A DNA stretch of 41,326 nucleotides. It comes from Bacillota bacterium (GTDB taxonomy: Bacteria; Bacillota; Halanaerobiia; Halanaerobiales; M55B127). The translations under genes were made by a program, and so were the position numbers. The notes below the pieces were generated by a model, which was not told where the DNA came from, did no database searches, and was given only the letters and a program-made list of their open reading frames with translations. This document shows, piece by piece, positions 39,401 through 41,326 of the stretch. Position 1 is the first letter of the stretch. The number at the start of each line of letters is the position of its first letter. The stretch covers positions 1 through 41,326 of the forward strand of contig JBNJDV010000005.1 of the NCBI GenBank assembly GCA_051745185.1, read 5' to 3'.

Positions 39401-39521
39401 TAATAAAATAATTGAAACTGATTTAATGGAAAATAATATTAAAATACTAACAAAAAGTAATCAACTAAAACTAAATGTAAAGCCTTTTGAAATCAAAACT
39501 TTAAAAATATACCTAAAGTAA
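36462..39521 (+). CDS. GH38 alpha-mannosidase
   Basis: GHSHLDIA Zn ligands, WLPDCFG nucleophile, GYGDGGGG, ELYLEKHRGTYT, NQFHDILPG. Confidence 0.93.
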   Translation: MLPDKVDLILRDLKERTFEQKISLKEWTIQEVKKDNKNQYNPIERENIILTGNDSFWDNTGKIFFFKKRVNLNEEYDNPYLYLDIDGECTLFINKKVYRGINEKEIKLPILNENTYYFKILAAHDVHLSARHQRMYNKPYPPHLFRKAFVCNKNNKVEKLYVLIKNIKNTIEVIDDQKKKSNLNKIMKTGIKKIDFFTSSRRVFIKSINISYNYILESFHKLNKKDSSGKVFALGHSHLDIAFKWTISDTIRKLERTISTTLNLMENYNNYYYVQAQGILYDYLKKYYPELFQKLKEKFKQKQFIIDGSFWVEADLNLTHGESLIRQILYAKKFFKNHFNTETKISWLPDCFGFSAILPQILNKSNIDYFITTKLQWNDTNDFPYNIFKWKGIDGSQISSYLLSDTYGGDLDPKKLYDAYNNRKQKNIDEVLSLYGYGDGGGGNTESQLNNLNEMKKIPFLPEINTGHIYDHLENIFAKDNLPIWKDELYLEKHRGTYTTQAKLKKYNRKLEFLLINTEFLYSIAHIEGINFEVNFEKLWKVLLKNQFHDILPGSCIEEVYNEAVDDYKDLEEDLINIKNNIFKFLTKNFKTTPDHFFIFNPYSFKMNNILSIQKKYLEGNYNSINIDGIIYPLQFDEKFIYFKTKDFNPFQIKKVKLLKESTEIKNSLQSSTYHLENKYLKISFDKKGRIYSIYDKEKRIKYVENNKFANRLKLYDDKSTYFDSWDLSISEDNKKYIDQLEYIKIKEKGPCFHSIILKRKFYDSSITQEIRLFENKRKVDFKTKVNWNQRQQLLKTSFPINIDKSEALFDLSMGYIKRTNYKNDSWSKAKSEVPAHKWVNLNNDKISVSLLNNCKYGHNITKNVINLTLLKGGIYPDPKADIGNHEFTYSLLLSPKPIDIVSIEKNAMQLNNKPLYYFPNKAILKNDKYNNLESILNIDKNNITIDGFKLSEEKNGYILRFHEFAGKKTNLTLSFNKNINKIIETDLMENNIKILTKSNQLKLNVKPFEIKTLKIYLK

Positions 39522-39528
39522 AAATTAA

Positions 39529-39568
39529 AGGCTCCCCTTTGATATAAGACCTTCAAAGTAGGGAGCCT
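39529..39568. terminator. Bidirectional terminator between the sugar operon and the nrd operon
   Basis: AGGCTCCC-CTTTGA...TCAAAG-ta-GGGAGCCT long stem. Confidence 0.82.
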
Positions 39569-39579
39569 AATTAATTATT

Positions 39580-39720
39580 TTAAGATGTTTTTAATTTTTG
39601 GTTAACATCATAGGTTTTTCTGTCTTTAAATTCCTCTTGTTTACCATCATTCCATTCTGATACTGGAGAAAGGTAACCAACTACTCTAGAATAAACTTCA
39701 CATTTTTGTTTTTTACTCAC
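39580..39720 (-). CDS. Stand-alone glycyl-radical domain of class III ribonucleotide reductase (46 aa)
   Basis: Not in the ORF track. SD AAGGAGGAG then GTG: MSKKQKCEVYSRVVGYLSPVSEWNDGKQEEFKDRKTYDVNQKLKTS*. RVVGY plus WNxGKxxEFxDR is the NrdD C-terminus. Confidence 0.92.
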   Translation of the reverse strand: MSKKQKCEVYSRVVGYLSPVSEWNDGKQEEFKDRKTYDVNQKLKTS

Positions 39721-39735
39721 TTTTCTCTCCTCCTT

Positions 39736-40449
39736 TTAATTTCTTGTTTTCGCATTAATACCATTATCTTTAAATATTTTTATAAATTCTTTTAGTTCTG
39801 TTTCAGAAAAACTTCTTTTCTCATTAAAGTTTGCATCATTCACATTTTCTGATCTAAAGTTTTGAATATAATAATTTTTTACACCCTTTAGTTCCCGTGC
39901 TATATTTCTAATAGTTTTTTTGGAATGAAGTCCAGGAACTACAGTTGTTCTCAATTCGTAATCAACTTTTGAATTTAAAATATATTCTTTGCTTTTAACA
40001 ATATTATCTATTAATACCTTATTTAATTTAATTCCACAAAACCTCTCATAATCCTCTATTGGACCTTTAATATCCATTGCTACATAGTTCATCAAATCTT
40101 CCTCAACTAATTTTTTTAGTAGATTAAAATTAGTTCCATTTGTATCTAATTTAACTAATAAATTATAATTTTTTATGTTTTTTATAAAATCATAAATAGA
40201 TTCCTGAATTAAAGGTTCTCCCCCTGTTATAGCAATTCCATCTATTAGGTTTTTTCTTTTTTCTAAATACTGCCAAAAGTAATCTAAATTCATATATTCA
40301 TTATCATTTTCATTTGGAATCAAAGTTGGATTATGACAAAAAGGACAGTCCATATTACATCCTTGAGTGAACAGTACTGTAGCTATCTTATCGGGATAAT
40401 CAATTAATGATGTTTTTTGTAGCCCTGATATCTTAATGATCTCACTCAT
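39736..40449 (-). CDS. nrdG: Anaerobic RNR activating enzyme (radical SAM)
   Basis: SLIDYPDK, FTQGCNMDCPFCHN, ITGGEP, KLDTNG, YELRTTVVP; start MSEII at 40449 coupled to the nrdD stop (ATGAGTGA). Confidence 0.92.
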   Translation of the reverse strand: MSEIIKISGLQKTSLIDYPDKIATVLFTQGCNMDCPFCHNPTLIPNENDNEYMNLDYFWQYLEKRKNLIDGIAITGGEPLIQESIYDFIKNIKNYNLLVKLDTNGTNFNLLKKLVEEDLMNYVAMDIKGPIEDYERFCGIKLNKVLIDNIVKSKEYILNSKVDYELRTTVVPGLHSKKTIRNIARELKGVKNYYIQNFRSENVNDANFNEKRSFSETELKEFIKIFKDNGINAKTRN

Positions 40450-41326
40450 TATTTTTTGCCTTTTCTTCTGCCTCACACTTAGGACAGTATTTGTGTTCAC
40501 CTGGTAAATAACCATGTACAGGACAAATACTAAAAGTAGGAGTTATTGTATAATATGGAAGTCTGAAGTTTCCAGCAATTCTTTTAACCAATTTTTTAGT
40601 ACTTTCAACTCCATTTAACCTTTCTCCTAAAAATCCATGAAACACAGTACCTCCAGTAAATTCAACCTGGAAATCATCCTGTATTTCTAAAGCATCAAAG
40701 ATATCTTCTGTATAACCTACTGGTAAATGAGTTGAATTAGTATAATAGGGTTCGGCATCATTTTCTTTAATTCTGTCTTCATTTGCAGCAATAATATTAT
40801 CTCCAAATCTTTGTTTATCTAATCTTGCTAATCTATATGAAGTAGACTCAGCAGGTGTAGCTTCTAAATTATATAAATTATTTGTTTCAGTTTGATATTC
40901 CTGCATTCTATCTTTCATCAGCTGCATTACTTCGACAGTAAATTCTTGAGCTTCTTTTTTGGTTAAATCTTTTCCCATAAAGTTTAACATCGATTCATTC
41001 ATACCATTAACACCTATAGTGTTGAAGTGATTTTTCCAGTATTCATCAAACCTCTTTTTAATATTTTTTAAATAAAATTTAGAGTAAGGATATAAACCCT
41101 GTTCAGTTAAATTTTCTAATACTTTTCTTTTCACTTCTAGGCTTTCTTTAGCAATATCCATTAATTCATATACTCGGTTCATATAATCTTCTTTATTATT
41201 TGCAAGATAACCTACTCTAGGCATGTTTAATGTTACTACACCAATTGAACCAGTCATTGGATTTGCTCCAAAAAGTCCTCCACCTCTTTTTCGTAATTCT
41301 CGATTATCCAGTCTAAGTCTGCAGCA
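40442..41326 (-). CDS. nrdD: Class III ribonucleotide reductase large subunit, 3' part (starts outside the window); lacks the glycyl-radical tail
   Basis: Frame is open to the window edge: CCRLRLDNRELRKRGGGLFGANPMTGSIGVVTLN, LEATPAES, YYTNST, TGGTVFH, CPVHGY..CPKC, then EAEEKAKNNE*. Confidence 0.95.
   Translation of the reverse strand, partial: CCRLRLDNRELRKRGGGLFGANPMTGSIGVVTLNMPRVGYLANNKEDYMNRVYELMDIAKESLEVKRKVLENLTEQGLYPYSKFYLKNIKKRFDEYWKNHFNTIGVNGMNESMLNFMGKDLTKKEAQEFTVEVMQLMKDRMQEYQTETNNLYNLEATPAESTSYRLARLDKQRFGDNIIAANEDRIKENDAEPYYTNSTHLPVGYTEDIFDALEIQDDFQVEFTGGTVFHGFLGERLNGVESTKKLVKRIAGNFRLPYYTITPTFSICPVHGYLPGEHKYCPKCEAEEKAKNNE

Noticed and set aside
39721-40444. Intron, intein or TGA read-through joining nrdD to the small glycyl-radical ORF
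   Set aside because: The intervening DNA is fully occupied by an intact nrdG, the small ORF has its own SD and start, and no intron-like non-coding sequence is present.

Overview
AT-rich chromosomal window from an anaerobic Firmicute. Non-lipidated solute-binding proteins and the gene content suggest a Halanaerobiales-like diderm (inference). The left half is core genome: nfeD'-hit-mtaB-rsmE-dnaJ-dnaK-grpE-hrcA (perfect CIRCE)-hemW-lepA, rpsT, holA-comEC-comEA-like, and leuS (Leu T-box)-rsfS-LCP-yqeK-nadD. An accessory block between comEA and leuS carries udk, a phage-type DnaD/DnaC-like three-gene module, csoR, rseC, a VOC-nitroreductase fusion and a Zn-ribbon pseudogene. The right half has a gamma-carbonic anhydrase-like gene, a ferritin-like/Fe-S flavoprotein pair, hutP-like plus an attenuator-led COG2984-type ABC transporter, a GH13/LacI/AglEFG/GH38 sugar locus, and a class III ribonucleotide reductase locus. 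Top observations: (1) a split class III RNR whose glycyl-radical motif is on a separate 46-aa gene missed by the ORF track; (2) a DnaD-like protein and a small co-encoded protein that share a 25-aa C-terminal tail, flanking a DnaC-like ATPase; (3) a HutP-like gene next to a repeat-containing terminator/antiterminator leader with Trp-stop codons. No rRNA, tRNA, CRISPR or IS element was seen. All family assignments are from motif recognition, not database searches.
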